DNA of 64,000 nucleotides from Trichoplax sp. H2 (Eukaryota): NCBI GenBank assembly GCA_003344405.1, contig NOWV01000027.1, positions 186,001 to 250,000 of the forward strand, read 5' to 3'. Shown piece by piece: positions 1 to 13,602 of this stretch (position 1 is its first letter; each line of letters starts with the position of its first letter). The notes under the pieces were generated by a model. It saw only the letters and a program-made list of their open reading frames with translations, ran no database searches and was not told where the DNA came from. The position numbers and the translations under genes were made by a program.

Positions 1-83
1 TTCAACGGTGTCTTCCTACCATTTATTATAACTACTTTACATCAGAATAGTAGAAAATAATTCAAAGTATTGTCATTTCATAC

Positions 84-507
84 CTGCATTACTGGCAATA
101 ATTTTATTCATAGTTCCATTTACAGCAATTTCATTTGTATTCATTGACCTTCCTTGCTTATTAGAAGCATGATTTTTCAACTTATTCTTCAACTTCTTTT
201 GCTTTCGTTGTTTCTTCCACTTTCTTAATTGCCTATAATAGTATTTTTTTAACTTTCTGCGTAGCTTCCGTTTTTTTTGATACGAGTCCAACGGGAAAAA
301 TGTAACATTGCAGCTGACCATTTCCTGTATCATGTCCTTCGGACTAGAAACTTTATAGATAGCAGTTAACTGTTTCGCTGTAATAGCGGAATTATCAGAG
401 CTTATCTGACTGCCATGATGATTAGCAGGGTGAGCAAAGTTTCGACGAGCATAAATAGCATAGGTTAACGTTGCTAGTATCGTTAATAGATTCAATAATA
501 GCCGCAT
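84..507 (-). CDS. First coding exon of an unknown secreted, Lys/Arg-rich protein (gene probably continues off the left edge)
   Basis: ATG at 507 gives MRLLLNLLTILATLTYAIYA, a signal-peptide-like start. It is followed by about 140 open codons including KKRKLRRKLKKYYYRQLRKWKKQRKQKKLKNKLK. There is a CAG|GTATGA donor at 84/83 and a possible in-frame next exon from about 34 leftward. Unspliced, the ORF stops at 73. Confidence 0.6.
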
Positions 508-2779
508 CTTGCCTTTATCCACAAGCGGCTCGGTCTTCACGCAAATCTTTAATCAAGAATATAACTAATTTTGATCTTACGCATTGATCTTTATACTAAT
601 AGCTCTGTCAATACAATCTTCAATCATGGATGAAGTCGATCTAAATCAGGAAGTAGACGTTTACTTAATTCAACGGATGCTAAAACATTATTAATATCAT
701 TTACACAGCTGCAATATTATTTTTAATCCATAATCTATTCTTGCTTTTCAGGAAATGATTGATCTTACCGGTATTACTGAATGCTTAATTAATGAAGCAT
801 TCAGTATATCTACTATAAGAGGTTACAGGTCATACTACATCATTATTCTATCGTATTATGGATATATTTTTATATCGATAGATACTGTAAACTTATTTGG
901 GTATTAACTAATCTATCTATTTTTATTGTCTAGGATCTAGCTTTTTTAATTTGATTAATAAAATTGAATATTGATGATACCTAATATTACACTAACGGTA
1001 AACAGCTGATTGTTCTCATTCATTATTCTATTAAATTTACTACCATTAAAATATAAGGACGACTTACGTACTATATCTTACTATTATAAGCGTAGATCGC
1101 AAGTTGGTACATGACTATGAAGGTAAATAGTTACTATCTAAATCATATCGAAATGATCATTGTCTAATCGTAAAACCCTTGATACTATATATTTATTCTT
1201 TGATACATAATTTTCCGCCAATTTACGGTATATTTATATTTGGATAATAACATGTTTTGACGCATTTTTATTCATGATATTCAATCATGATTTTAGAACA
1301 AAACTATACTATTTAACTTCATAACGCAAACATAGCATCTTTTTTTTATTATAATATTATTTTGGAATCCTATCACTTATCGGTAGGTTAAATTCGTACC
1401 ATCGTATGTCTTTATTGTTGGGGCAATATCATTATATGTATATCATAAGCGTGCTTTACCTGCAGTTTACTACTAATCTTTACGCACAGGATAATTTGCT
1501 TCTTTAATAAATTAATGTCTATGCGCCTTTGACTCGTGGTAAATTTAAATTGGTATAAACTGATCTCTGTGTTGTCCAGTTTTACTTTCTGATTGCCACA
1601 TCAGCTGTGGCTGTTTCATTAGTAAATTTAACAGTATCTTTGTTACGACGTACTATTGCCAAACTAATATTTAGTAATTACATATCGTCTGCAGATTGCC
1701 TTTTAAAGGTCTCTGCTTTTAGAATTTTCCACGTAACAAAGATTATGTAAATCTTTACTGTTTATAAATGCGGGGAACTAAACGAAAATTATATTAATTA
1801 GTTCTAGATCCTTAGCCTTATTATTAAACTTGATAAGCGCATGGCACTGAAGGTTCTATCTAGCGCAATTATTAGCGTAATTGCACTGTTAATTATTTCA
1901 GTACGTTCAATCACCTATAAAGTTATACTGTATCTTAAAATAGGCTATCGTATTACACGAACATGAAACATTCTGTTCTACATATTCGTTGCATATTCAT
2001 GAAATATTCCGTGTCGATTTAGTGATCAAGATTAAAATTCTAAGATCAAAGAAAATTCGTCACCAATATCGATTACTTCATTGCATCACATTTCAAATTC
2101 ATGAGTGAAAAATTACCCAAAATTTAAGTGCGACAGGAAACTTACTAACAGTTAGTAAGATTATTTAGTAAGGTATTATTGCAGATGCACAACATAAGAA
2201 TAAGCGTAATAAGGTACGATGATATGCTGCATGCTTCACATAAGTAATAATATAAAAATGCACGCTATTGATATTTTAACTTGTATTTTTGATGCTTGAA
2301 TTTAAACCGGTAATTTTCATCTCATGAACGTCAGAAGTTGACCTTCGTTTTTAATATTCGCAAACGTAATCAGTCATCCGTTGATTGCAAACTTGTAATC
2401 TGGTATCATGTACAGGAGTTTATTCCAACTTGGCATCTTTTTTATATAATATGCTTGTATTAAGATGATATAGTGTTGATGAGTAATTTCTCTAACGATA
2501 AAATTCAATCTTGAGTTTATTTAGGAACGCACAGCCGAGTGTTATCTAATTACATATATGTGACTCATTATTTCTATTATCACGGTGTCAATATAGTAGC
2601 AAGTGCGTTTTAATCAAATAATAGTTTCATATCCCATTTTCATGGTGTGATGCTATTTTACGACAAAATAAATTAATGTTTTCTTCCGCATAGATTTATT
2701 AGGGAAGCAAGAAACGGAAGAACTCTTATCAAAAAATAATATAATAATTTTACAGAATAATTCTTAAACGAAATATAAA

Positions 2780-5700
2780 TTATTATCAGTTCTATTATCA
2801 TTTTAAAACAAATTCGTCAAATTCAGATCAATGGATTACGCATTTACCATAACATAAATTACTATACATAAATTATTCTGGAGATTTTGAATATCTGATC
2901 TTCAGAATAATACTGTCTTGAAATCTGAAAAAACTGCAAATTCCAATAATTTTATCATCAATGAGTATGACTTTCGTTGATAATTCCATTGACGAAAATA
3001 TGAAATAGCATATGAAGCCATTATTGATTAATACTAAAATGTTATCTCGTTCTAAAGATAAGACTTGAAATCAGCATACTGAATCTGATAAAACTTTTCT
3101 TTCCTTGTATAAATTGAAATAGCCATGGCTAATAAAAATGTGATCTATCTCATTGTAAATGGTCAATTAGTATATCACGGAAATAATTAATAAGCATTAT
3201 ATGAAAGGCATGGTATTGTTCAGTTATAAATTCTAATTATTAAAAATGTGAGATCAAATAACTTAAATCGTCAACACTTTGTCGTCGTTGGATTAGCACA
3301 TATCTGTATAAATTGTATACTGTCATTCAGTATAGGATTTTAGATATTTTATTCGTCTATTGTTGACGCATAGCTATCAAATTCTTACTTTTATGAAATA
3401 CAATGGTATTATAACAACATTATGATTGCTTCCTAGAAATTTACATATTTACATATAGAGTAATAGAAAGTTGATGAAGTGTCTAACTATTCAATCGTTG
3501 ACGTCAATACGAAGACAAAAATAGTATGTCTTCACTTTTGAGAGGAAGTAACATACATAAAGGCGATTTTCTGCAACGAGTGATATAGAATTAAATCGTT
3601 TTAGGAACTGTTGTCGAAGAAATATATACTTTTATCTTATAGTTATAACTGATATTAAGGAATCAACTGAATTGACTATAGAATAAATGAAAATGAATAG
3701 AAATAGATAAAAATGGAAGAAATAAATTTTGTTGAATAACATTTCTCAAGACAATAATTAGTATATCTTAATTACTAATTTATCAATTATGATCACAAAT
3801 TAAAGCATTATCATAGCGCTGTTTTAATTATTTATTAAAGATCAACATAATGTTTTCTTGGATAAGAATATTTAAATAAGTATTATAGAAGATTCTAACA
3901 ATTCCTATTCGCTTAGCCCAGCACATTAGCAGTTTTTCGCTGGACCATTGGAATTATGTAATTAATTCATTGTTATAAATTAATTAAAATTATATGGACA
4001 TGAAAATCTTTTTCGTACTCCTAGCACATAATCATCTGGTAATATTGCAAGTTTATCATTTATAAAGTCAAAATCGCTAAACAATATCTATAAACGAGAT
4101 TATAATTAGATGGATCATTAAAACGTCTTTTGCAGCATTGCTCTATCGGTTCAATATATTATAGTTTATGTATAATGAAGATAATGGTGTATACGTATGT
4201 AGTACATGATGAAGTCTTTAAATCAATAATTAATTTTGTTTATGATTTCATAGACGTCAAATAATAACGTATAAATTTTCCATATTTTGTAACAGAATGC
4301 ATAATCCCATTTTGCGTTGAATAGATTGATATTATAGGTACATTATATACCTCTTATATAATTTAGTATCTGTTACGATGGAATATTATATCACTATTAC
4401 AATTTTTACGACTGATAATATAGCAGGAAATTGCTACATTATACGAACTCGTACAATGCTAAGATAACAATACAGTTAGTTAAACTGCTATTTAAGTATA
4501 GTAAACCTTCGTAGGGCTATATATATGATGAAAATGTGGAAAAAATTCAATTTTGTTAATGTTGCTGTTATATTCATAGAACGTTAGCTACAATTAATCT
4601 CAGAAAAAACAGTACATTAAGTTAAGAATAGCTTTATTAAATAATGTGGTGTTTATTAAAATTCCAAATGTATACTAGTATTTTGACGTGGATAAATACT
4701 TTTAGCCGAAAATTGAATGCATAGTTAGTTCATGTATGTCTTATTTTATAAAATGATCATTTACTTCATTACATGAAATACTTTTAGCAGGATAAATTGT
4801 ACTATTTAATTAATAAACTCTCACTAGACAGGTAATCAAATTTAATAATTTGACAAACTTCATTCAAATTTCAAAATTTTGATATTTCTTTCTTTCTAAC
4901 TGTTATGAAATGCTAATACTAAAATGTAAATATCTAGTTCTGATGTTATATAAATTTTGTTTATTAGTACTTGATAAAGCTCAACTACGTTAGCAAATAC
5001 AGTCTATGAATATGTGAAAAGGTGAAGTAAATTTTATTTTTGATTATTGATGGCAATACTCAATTAAGGTAATACCGGTAAATGTTCACTATCAACATTA
5101 GAAGAGGCAAATTCTTCATTAAAGTGATATTATACTTCGCCAGACTTGATTAATGCTGTCAATTCTTAGATTACATTTGCTACTTTACCTGATCAATAAT
5201 TACGTTATTAGTAACTGTAGTAATCCACAATACATTTCTGTATAATCATGGCAACTATAATACCCATTAGTATATTGAAAATAACTATTCTTTAGTCTAT
5301 TGGAAATTCATGCAATATCGAAACAGTCAGAAATCTGGATAGCTAGTTTTCAATTATTTATAGAATTATCTATTTTCTATCACATTTTATTATTAAAAAT
5401 GTAATCCTTTCCGCAATAAGCATTTGCTATAATTGATACAATTGAAATTATAGTTTATCATCATCTTTAGTAAGTTAGTAGCCACATAGCTGTAATTATT
5501 ATCGTTAATATTTTATTGTCATGTGGGTTAAGATACGGAAGATTATAACAGCTCAATATTTGAGAATTCGATACTTTGACAGCTGACAATGAAATAGAAT
5601 TACAATATAGGCTACGGATAGTGAGATCAGCCAATTCAAGTATCGGAGCGTAGGTTAAATCGGAAACTGGTAAGGACCTCGTGCAATGAGTACCGTTTTC

Positions 5701-7350
5701 TCATTTGTTGGCTATCTTATTTATTGGCAGTTATTGGTGAAAGGTATGCTAAATGCAGTATATCTTACACTGCAATCTAAATATTAGGGTGATTGTGTGA
5801 TAGTAGTAAATTTCTTTACATATAACTATTTATAGTACCGCCAATAGATTATGGACCCCATAAAGTAAAACTATTTCTATATCTAAAGTCGGGCAGGTAC
5901 AGTTAGTTTCCTATGGAAGCTTCTTTATTATTCTTTATGATTAGATTAGAGTAAATAGAAATAGACATTTGTTCGTTCAGTAATTAGTGTTAACGTTTAC
6001 TTGCTAAGCTAGTAGATCATCAAGAAATGGTATTTCCTGCCCTTCAAACAGATATAACGATGGTTTTACAATATGTAGATAGATACGGTACTACTGTAGT
6101 TAGTAGGGTATAATCTTCCTAAGCAATTGCTAAAGTAATGCGGCGCTATTTGTGATTTTCCATATTTCGATAATATGAATATAATAATTTGCTAGTATTT
6201 GAATGACAAGTAGCGTCACTATACTTAATTTAAGCCAAAAATACCAACCCATAGTTTACGTTACATACAGACAAATGGTTATTATTTCGACTTTTTAGCA
6301 TATCTTATGTTATTCTTTACTGTCTTAATTCGATGCAAATAGATGTTTGATTGGATTTTATTTATGGTCAATAGTTGCTAAAAATATAATTCGTATATTC
6401 CGTTCAGGTTATTAGCAGTTACGATTCCAAACATATCGATATCAAACATGATTCCAGTTGTAGTTTATTTGCTGCTAAAGCGATGCCGCTTCCATGTTTT
6501 TATCTTTTATATTTCGGTGATTCCAATATGATAGTTTACTGACTTACTTGAATATACGCATAAAAAGAACTTGTTTAGCTTTTAAAATAACGAAATTTAG
6601 AACGATATCTTACCATATATAATTGTTTACCATTCCAGCCAATGACGTTAGATTTAAGAATAATTCACTTATTATAATCTAATATCTGAGATATACTCAA
6701 TATATTTCGGTAACACAAATATAATAGCTTACTGTTATTGATAGCGAGATAATTTACTTAACACTTAAAAGAGAAATAAGTCTATTAATAAATTGCCTAA
6801 CATTGTTAACGTATTAGCGATGATATTTTTGCGGTATTCCATATTAATGGTTTACAATCGCAATTTGATGAAATTAGACATAAAGTTAGATGTCATTTAT
6901 GGCTAGTTGCTATCTGAACGTGGATCAAATAAATGTTTGCTATCACAGTTTAATGAAATTAAATCATAGATTCCGAGAAGAAATTGTTCGTTCTACTATG
7001 AGCTAGATATAAAGTTGGACATCCTTTACGATTATTCGTTACGAAAACAACACAACTCCGATATTTTACTCCCTCTATCTCCATAATGGCAAGACAATAA
7101 TTCAAATTCTATCTATGAAAGTTAATTTACTTATTATGAAAATGAAATTAGTTAACCTTTAATTTGGGTTCTATGTACAAAATATTGAAATCTAGAAATA
7201 ATATTTCTTATAATACCTTGAATCACTATTTACAGTATTGCTTGATACAGGTCAATAGACCAGGTAAAATCTCATGGATAGATTGTAGTTGCCATTAATT
7301 AACTTTAAAATGGTATTTTGTTATTTAGATCTGAATATAGTAGATGTAAA
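2780..7350 (+). pseudogene. Decayed leucine-rich-repeat (LRR) coding remnants
   Basis: Scattered short LxxLxLxxN-like fragments broken by stops and frameshifts: LEILNI* (~2878), TLATINLRKN (~4581), FTSLHEILLAG* (~4760), FNNLTNF (~4840), NLMKLDIK (~6862), NISYNTLN (~7200). No long ORF is present, and the boundaries are approximate. Confidence 0.3.
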
Positions 7351-7410
7351 TAAATTAATCAAGAGTGAAAGCCTAAAAACCGAGATATTATTTCTGTTTC
7401 AATTTTAATT

Positions 7411-8500
7411 CTATTGTTGTTGATGTAAACAGCTCATAATTGATAAATTATAAAGAATCGAACAAAATAAGTATTGATTGTCTTTTTTTATGCTTACACC
7501 TGAATGGGAAATAGCAAAAATAACAATGGCTATAAATATTAATAATGATTTACAAACAACATTTTCTAATACTATCAAGTTTAATTTAAACCCATCATGT
7601 CTACATAGTGAACGGTAATAGAGGCCTTCGTTAAAATAACAGTTGGATTTCATATTTAACTTTTCTACTGTAACAAAGTAAAAAGTTGGAGGGGAAGACA
7701 AGACATACTAACTGAAAAGGTTACAGTTACAAAACGCAATAGGAAATGGAATATTTTCTATTACTCGTCAATTATTCTTCCCTTCCTTTTAATCGAGGAA
7801 GTGATGTCGTTAAAGTAAAGAGGTAATCCAGTACAGGATATAATCTAGATTGGAACCAATTACCTAGAAATCGGTATTTCCTATGTTATTTATATTTTAA
7901 AGTAAAAATAGTCGCAAATAGTCTTAATCTTTATTCTATGCTCTTATAGATTTGATTAATAGTCAATAGTAATTTTCATCAATCATGATTACCGGCTTGG
8001 AATAAAGACATTGGCTAAATTTTGAATAAAATTCATTATAATCGTTTCCTTTTCAAGAAAAGCTAATAACACAAAGCTTTTAATAGAATTTTTAATTTTT
8101 ACCATGGCGACAGATAATTATTGTCTATCCTACAGCATTTTAAATTTTTAAGCCTTGTACGATTTCAATTTAAATAAGGTAACGCGATCATGTCGTATTA
8201 GCACCGCATCAAGACCGGTCTTTCTTCTTCCCAATCCAAAAATTCGCTCCAATGTCAATTTAGTGTGAAGGTGGATTATGAACCGAAACTCGAAAATAAT
8301 ATTTTGTTAGGTAACCTTTAAATAGGCTAGCACGAGTTTTAATAGCATAGGTGTAATTTAAAATTGGCAAATGGACATTTGTAAAGAAGTAATATCCATT
8401 ACTACTTCACCACAACAGTATATAGTAATGCGGTATCCATTTCTTGCATAAAATGGTACAATTTTATGCTGATTCCATTCATATCAATATAGAGGTAGTT
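7411..8500 (-). pseudogene. Probable decayed LRR-containing GPCR (LRR cap + hinge + TM1/TM2) fragment
   Basis: A minus-strand fragment IENIPFPIAFCNCNL (~7715-7760) resembles an LRR C-cap (NPFxCxCxL). It lies upstream of ORF 7411..7701, which has CYF...LENVVCKSLLIFIAIVIFAI (TM1-like) and SILYNLSIMSCL (start of TM2-like). The frames are interrupted and the upstream end is approximate. Confidence 0.3.
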
Positions 8501-8988
8501 TTTACAATTCAATAATTGTTACTCAGTTAACTTATTTTTTAAGCAATATCGATGAATAATGGTTTAATTAATTATTAATTATAGTTTTATACGCTATATA
8601 GATAGCATTAATCAATCTTATAACGGACTAATTATGTTTCTAGCCCAACAATCTAATGAAAGCAAATGTCTGATTCTATTCTCCAAGATCAATTCAATTT
8701 ACTGTAAGCTTTTTATTGATTAATGGTATAGTTTTATTTTTCTTCTTACATATGTTGTATTACTTTAACTAGACTAATAGACTAGCCATTAATTAATTAC
8801 AGTAAAAAGCAATGCAGGAAGTCCACCTGTGATGATCGTTATGCTATAGTACATTCAATTTAGCTATAAATTTTACTTTTTACCGATTGTTAAAATCGCT
8901 ATCTGGTGATCCAATCCTTATGGTTTATAAATTTGCAATAAAACTGGTAAGAAACTTTACAAGTTTTCATCCTGCCATTTGATACAAG

Positions 8989-11900
8989 ATGACTTTTATC
9001 ACGGTTAAGTTCGGAGGTAAATTGAAACGGTATCATTTAAGATGTAAAGGAACTGTACTCAGTATAAGTGTATATCAAATTTAGCTTTTCTAATTTACTT
9101 TCTCGAAGTAAAATTGTCAGAAATTAATTATGTTTGGCTATGACCTACTCTAATCTCATTCGCTAACCTCTTTGGCTTGTGTTACAATACCCTAGAATGA
9201 TTATATTCCTGTTTTATTTCTAATTCTCAGTAATTTTCTTCTTTTCTGTTCTAAAATCGTTATGTTGTTAGACAATAAAAGCGAAATTTTTAATCCAAAC
9301 TGTCGAAATACTAGCTTGATAGACAATATCAAAGAAAGATGTGACTGTGAGAAAGATGGTAAACGGTTATAATTCTGTTTTGTTATTAAAAGTGGTTATT
9401 TTTAGGTCTTGATTGCACTTTCTTTTAAGTTTTCTCTCTGGATTTAGTTAAAAAAGTTTTATTTCCGTGTTAGTCAATTTATTTATTTATAATATTACAG
9501 TATATTAACTTAATTCTGCCCTCCTTGTGTTATGAGCGTTTGAGGTTCCTTGTATGTTCTTTCTCAATTATATATAGGTCCATCTGTAATTTAATAACTT
9601 AGTCACGACAGGATATTGAAATATCTAGACTTTCTTTTATAAGTATTAGTCTTTCCGACGTCTTTATATAGACATTATCATGCTACATCAAATACTTTTC
9701 TGTTAATAGTATTTCCTTATGCCTATCTTAGTATAGTCTATACATGTCTTGAGTGTTTAATTGTTGAATCTAACTATTTCTACAAGAGCTTGATGGTTAT
9801 TACTTTAGATTACTTTCAGCATCACAAGTTAGACGTATAAACTTTTAGCGTTACAAAATAATGAACTTCTCATCCATTTTCTATATTGCAATTATTCATT
9901 TAATGACATAGGACAGACTGGTCATGCTCCATTCTCATTTTTCTTTATTTCTATTATAATTGAACTATAAATTGAATAATATTTTTTGATGTTTACACAG
10001 ACTGGATTAGTTTATCCGATGAGCGAGGTATCTTAAAGAAGATACACCTGAATTTACTTGATTATGCTAGCAATTATCTTGAACCACGAGGAGTTTTTAT
10101 CCTAATTAAGATTGAAAAAGGTAAGATGAAATAATCGAGTAACTATATATTATTATAAGTGAGATAGGAAGCTATGGTTATATTTTGGACCTGATTCAAT
10201 CAATATTGTATCGGAAAGTCTAATTAAGTTGTATAATTGAGAATATTTGTTTTCACCTGAACGGTTAGTTCTGTAGCTACATCTTATCGTACTAAATGTA
10301 TACAATCACGGGTCTTATTCAAGATTTCATAGTAGAATGGTTCCCAATATTTGCAGATGTGACATCGCTTATCATTAAAAAGTATCTTAAAATGTTATAA
10401 TAAGAACTTCATCATTTTATAAACTCTACTTCATTATATAAATTGGTTTATCTATCTAATTATCAATAACAGTATTGCAGTAAAGTAGCTACATTGCGAA
10501 TATCCTCCGCAGATAGATATTTACACAATCTTGTAATTTAACGTAAAGGATGAACTATTCTTGCACAATCTCTTAGCTTTTATCACAAGTTATTTTTGAA
10601 ACTGCATTATACTGTACTTCTACTTAAGATATTTGATTCTTATTGTAGAATAATAAAAGGTGTAGTCATATCTTCAAGATTGCATCATAGATATAGAGGT
10701 ACACTACGGTAGCAAATGAATTGAGACTGCTGGCAAGGCAGATTTTAACATTGTGGACAAGATAAGATATTCTTTTATTTAAGTTTCACTGTTGTACCTC
10801 ATAATACAGTATTGAAAGGCGTGATTATTCGTTAGATTGGAATGCAGTAGATGAGATAATATTCTTATTTCAGAATTTCAAGTGATGCCCTTCTAAAACA
10901 TTAGCAGGCAACATTATTTTTATGGATACATGATAGGGTAGATTCAATGGTTACAGTCGACATATCACATGATATGCTTGAATATTTTAATTATATAATA
11001 TCGGGAGAGATAATTACTATATCTATGGTGGCATAGCATAGTAATTTAGACACTACTACTGTGATATAAGACTCGTGCATTGTTTGCGGATTGCTAAATT
11101 TCATTCTATTTCTAAGTAAGTATTATTAATTACTTAGATTACACTGTAGAGTGTAATTTCAAGGCTACAAGGGATATTTTCAATTGAAATTTAGTCGTGT
11201 TATTTTAATCTTTTGATAACTTCAAAGTATTTTAAACGTATAAATTATTTAACTAGAATGGGATGAAGGAGTAGATATGAATACCAGAGATGATATCGTC
11301 TGCTTAACTCTTCAAGCTATACAGTAAAATGTTAAACAATTATTTTAAAGAAACTATTTTAACGGTCTGATTCTACCGTAATATTGATTGCCATCTGTTA
11401 TAGTTCAAGATGCTCCATCCTAGTATTTCAGAATGAATTCCTTGGTACTCGATTACGATTTGTTTCTATTCATTCTTAGATGAGAATAGCGATGACCACG
11501 AACTTACTTATACGCCATTATTGGATAGCCTTGAACAAGATCAGAAATTTTTAGGTATTAATATGGTATTTAATTTTTCTTTTTGGTTTAGAATTTCATT
11601 ACCTATAAACAGTTTATTACGTTATAAAGGCCCTAGTATAATTAGCAACCCCTATTATTAATTATGTAATTAAAAATTCTTTCATGAGTTTTAAGTAAGA
11701 CAGGTAATAAACTCGTTTAGTTTAGCCATTAGCAAATTGCCGATGTCACAATTTGACAGAGGGATGAAAGCTATTTGAATTTGAGATAAGTTTAGATGAA
11801 ATTAAAGTTATTATGAAGTTTATTATTCTTCACGTATCTATCTTATTTTAAAACTTTTCTATAAAATAATTACGGTGAGATCTCTTGCACTTTATGGCAA

Positions 11901-12402
11901 CAATTTAGTAAATTTAATGCCTTTCCCAGATGTAGCGGCTCCTTTTTAAAATCTAATATAGTACATTATACACGATGAAGAATTTAATATCTTGAAATAG
12001 GGAATCGATGAAAATCCTTGATTTTCAGTATGCTTATTGGAGAGTTAGATAGAGACTACTCATTACTTTCACAGATAGATGCTTACGGTTCTAGTGACTA
12101 GGTGATAGTAAGTCAGATAGCAAGCGAGCCATGTCAAAAGTTTGTAAAAGCATAAAATTGCTATTTCTAAGAATATCCATATTCTTTGTCTTTTATTATC
12201 AGCTCGATTGCGACCGAAACCAAAATCTCCATCAACTAATAGTCCAGCCAAAGATAAAAAATACGATTTAAAGAGGCGAAGAAGTACTCGTGTAATCGTC
12301 ACTAATAGTAAACCTCGCACTCCTACCACTGGCAAAGGACGTCAGTCGAGGGTACAAAACTATAGTCTATCGCCAAATAAAGGAGCAAAAAAGGGCAAGT
12401 AA
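8989..12402 (+). CDS. CXorf65/C22orf15-like protein (5 exons)
   Basis: Exons 8989-9016, 9272-9358, 10001-10120, 11480-11554 and 12203-12402 have GT-AG introns in consistent phase. They give MTFITVKFGDNKSEIFNPNCRNTSLIDNIKERCDCEKDDWISLSDERGILKKIHLNLLDYASNYLEPRGVFILIKIEK...YTPLLDSL... plus a basic tail. This matches the family pattern MFIxxxxG..NxNC..YASxYLxxRxxYxxxxI..xxPLL. Confidence 0.8.
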
Positions 12403-13602
12403 TCTTTGTTAACGGTTTTATTTTGGCGTGATGTACTTGTTGAAGGAATCATAAATTAGATGAATTAATGGCATCATGTATGATATTGTAATGCATGATA
12501 ACTGTGCTACAGATCTGATATCAGATTTATCGTTATTTGGTCCTTGTGTTCTATTGTGAAGTGAGGAAATGATGGTTATTCCAACCAAATATTAATACTG
12601 AAATCTAAAATATTATTATTGATTAATTTTTCAATGCTACGCTAGAGGTGTAATCGTGTGATCGTGATTTAATTGTAACGCTTATTATTTCTCAGGATAC
12701 AAAATACATAGTACAGTTAATGAAGTAAGATCGAATTAGCGGTATCTTAGATCAATATTGACAGTATTTATGTTACTCTACATAAGGCAAGAAAACGATA
12801 CATTATGTCGTTATGCCGTATTCCGAGATTAACCATATGAGTGTGATACAAAAATAGATTTTACATTTTAGTTTCTAACACCGGCTTATATAAATGCCAC
12901 AGGCACATAAGTTTTATTCAAATATTTTGTAAAAATTTACGCACTTTTTGGCAGGTACAACATAAAAAGCATTTTTAAAATCTGTTCTACTGGAAGTTTT
13001 AAAGCTACAGTTTAAACGATTGGATAAATAGTAACAAACATTTGATAACTTGTTTAGTAGCTTAAAACTAAGTACATGTGTTCTAAAATTAATCTTGTTT
13101 CATCATCAGCGGGAGCTTTAGGCTATTGCATAAATTATTCAAAAATATGCATGCAAAATAAAATATTAAAAAATGTAACGCTCAACATTTCTTCAACTGG
13201 GAGAAACAAATTACTGCAAATTTGATGCTTAACTATATACTGTAGTAATATCGAATAGTCAGATCTAATGTTTCTTTAGGATATTTAAATTTCTTATAGA
13301 TTTATAGCTATCATTGATGTTGTACAGGAATATAATATCGTAATATTGCTGCAGTTTCTAACTGTAGTAGGTAACAGTGAAAATCTTTCAAAAACGGAAA
13401 ATTATGTTGGGTTTTGAATTGAGTTAACCGATACCCGAAAATTGATTTTTCGCTGAAAATACGGTCGTAGAATCCAAAATCACATTGGATACGCCAAACA
13501 GCAGTCGACACAATTTGCATTAGAACTTTAAGATATATAGTGGTTATAAATGCTGTAAGATCCCTACCGTATTTTGAAAAATTTTAAGACAACTTTTTGT
13601 TT

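Noticed and set aside
627..1125. Plus-strand exon-like pieces with splice signals (MDEVDLNQE...)
   Set aside because: I could not build an open spliced frame; the putative middle exon has stops in all frames.
5600..6090. Three or four small exon-like segments with GT-AG borders
   Set aside because: No in-frame start, an early stop and no recognisable homology.
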